This document shows, piece by piece, positions 62,063 to 64,000 of a stretch of 64,000 bases of DNA (position 1 is the stretch's first letter; every line of letters starts with the position of its first letter). This DNA is from Stylophora pistillata (taxonomy: Eukaryota). Under the pieces are notes generated by a model that searched no databases, had not been told where the DNA came from, and saw nothing but the letters and a program-made list of their open reading frames with translations. Where the stretch lies: contig NW_019218082.1 in NCBI RefSeq assembly GCF_002571385.2, positions 124,001-188,000 on the forward strand. The letters run 5' to 3'. Both the position numbers and the translations under genes were made by a program.

Positions 62063-64000
62063 TAAGTGACCTATAGACTCTCAGCTCGATGAATGGAAAT
62101 GATGGATTGACTAAGTGCTTGTTAATCGATCCAACCCAACGATTAATGACAAAGAAATAATCCAGAAACTACTAGGCTTGAGAACAATGAAACCAGTCGT
62201 GATCATCGGCTATTGTACAACTTGCCACTGGCCAGCTGACCGGATTTCCGATATTCCAAAGTATAGCAGAGAAAATATAATGCAAAGAATTTGATCATTG
62301 GTCAAAGAAACGGATGCCTGTTTTCTTTAATATTGAGAACATACTGCAGTTTCCTGATGTTTACTGATCGAAGCGGCTGCCAGAGGCGCCCGATATGCTG
62401 ACATCTGTTCTCAACCTTACAGTGCACCCGTAATTCAGTCTCTGGGCTGCAAGTGGTCAGATATAAACTATATTCATATTCATATTCATACGCCCTGCTC
62501 AGTGTTGACTGGTTTATTCAGGGTCAGATCCTTAAAGATGAAGATCGCTATAATTGCAAGGAGTCGAATTCAGGGATTGTCATTCAATTGTAATCTATCA
62601 TTACGAGTGCACGATGGCTGAGCATGTCAATAAAATTTTCGTTCAGTGAAACTGGAATCAGTCAATCAGACGGGAAAGCTAAAAAGGACAGTTGGTAACA
62701 ATGTGTGCTTTAACAGGTGAAATAGTAAAGATCTTATGCTACATGCCACACTTCAGCAAGCGGTGACGACGCAAAGAATTAATTGGCAATGTTTACTCAC
62801 CGATCAAAGTTTGTTTTTTTTTTTAATGCTACAAACACCGCTCCTTCGAATGATAAAGTACATTACAGAGAGCCTCATTAAACGCCAAAAGTGGAAAATA
62901 GGTAAGAGAATAGTACTAAGAAACTTGATCGAGAAAAGAAAGTTGCATTCTACGTGTTTCTATAAACCAACATGACTATTTCCCCCAATAAATGTGTCAG
63001 TCGAAGAATAACAAAATATTAAGATTCCTGGCTTGGTTTCTGTTCCTTTGTTGAACGAAACGATCATGAGAATTAAAAAAATGTTGCAACTAGTTGCCTT
63101 AAATCTAGCTGATGAGCCTAACTTTACATACTTGTTTCTACCCTGCATTTAAATAAACCGATTGTTTAATGAACTGCGAGTGCCCTTTTCATCTGTGAGC
63201 CGTTGGAATAGAGCGTAAACGGCGATTCTCTTTCAAATGCGCTAGTTTGAAGTTCCACAATATTATTCTTGCACAGCATAGACAACCTTGCAAATTCTTA
63301 AGACTGAAGTTTTCCAAATGGGTTGAAAACTAGGTCGCGATGCGCCAGATTTTCCTCTAAAGGCAATCGTTTATATATCCATTTTCTTGTGGCTGTCCAG
63401 CTAGAAAACACTGCCCAATAAAATAAGCTTGCAAAAGCGCCAATGCTCCAATTAATCCAACTGCTACTGCAGCGAGAAAGATAGTCAATGTTCCGGTCAT
63501 AACTCAACTTCGATATGTCCGCTCTCATATAAATCGATATGCTTGTGTTCTCCAATGTTTATTTTCCAAGGCTGGTCTATCATCTTTCTTTTCTTTCCAT
63601 TTCGACTCGATTCGAATTCTGTGTCAATAGCGCGTCGTACTTGACAGAAAATCATCAATAATTGATTCCCACAGTAGCTAAGAGCTTTCTTTGCGGCTCG
63701 CAAAGCATGTTGTGAGGTTGAAAGGGCGTGGTCGAACAACGAGGGATTTTCAGGAATTCTGATTTTCAGGACTTTCCAAAACGGTATAAAGATGGAAGGT
63801 TTTCTTCAGAGGGAGATAAAAGGCCAGAAGTCCTTCCTGATTTGAATTTCAACTGTTGCAAGCTAGCAAAAATATATTAAGTAGATTAACAGGTGGCAAG
63901 GGTGTGTTAAGCGCAAAAATATCAATAATTATTTAACATCCACGCAAATAATTCTCACAACCGCTTAAAAATTCCTTGAAAAATAACAGAAAATAAAAAA

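Larger units (their letters stand above)
58480..63780 (-). pseudogene. Decayed coding region, possibly a RAG1/Transib-like DDE transposase
   Basis: Frameshifted, stop-ridden minus-strand fragments in the expected order: SLFDHALSTSQHALRAAK, SISIYMRADISKLSYDR, VFSSWTATRKWIYKRLP, then KQWAGYF / GVKLFLHI and SSEHHVHQAR. The first two catalytic Asp motifs were not found. Confidence 0.3.

Overview
Eukaryotic, AT-rich, intron-containing scaffold with three N gaps. The repeat families and gene content point to a stony coral or close cnidarian relative; that assignment is inference. Genes from left to right: (1) a minus-strand secreted CAP/SCP plus C-type lectin gene running off the left edge, with an in-frame TGA exactly at a conserved lectin cysteine; (2) a complete 18-coding-exon peroxidasin (PXDN, about 1508 aa, plus strand, 6376-28304); (3) an intronless 258-aa minus-strand gene combining a p62-spaced ZZ-like finger, RG/RGF repeats, a LIR-like motif and a SIM-like motif, with a TATA/C-EBP/STAT-like promoter and a probable decayed tandem copy upstream; (4) a TPR-CHAT caspase-like protease with an intact His/Cys dyad (minus strand, about 803 aa); (5) a complete 13-exon eIF3e (448 aa, plus strand); (6) a badly decayed minus-strand region at 58.5-63.8 kb with fragments resembling a RAG1/Transib-type transposase. 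Intergenic and intronic DNA is dense with tRNA-derived SINEs, MITEs, LINE 3' ends and Penelope-like pieces. One is a foldback MITE in the PXDN promoter carrying a truncated hammerhead-bearing insertion. All exon boundaries were read by eye; no database searches were run, and reference motifs are quoted from memory.
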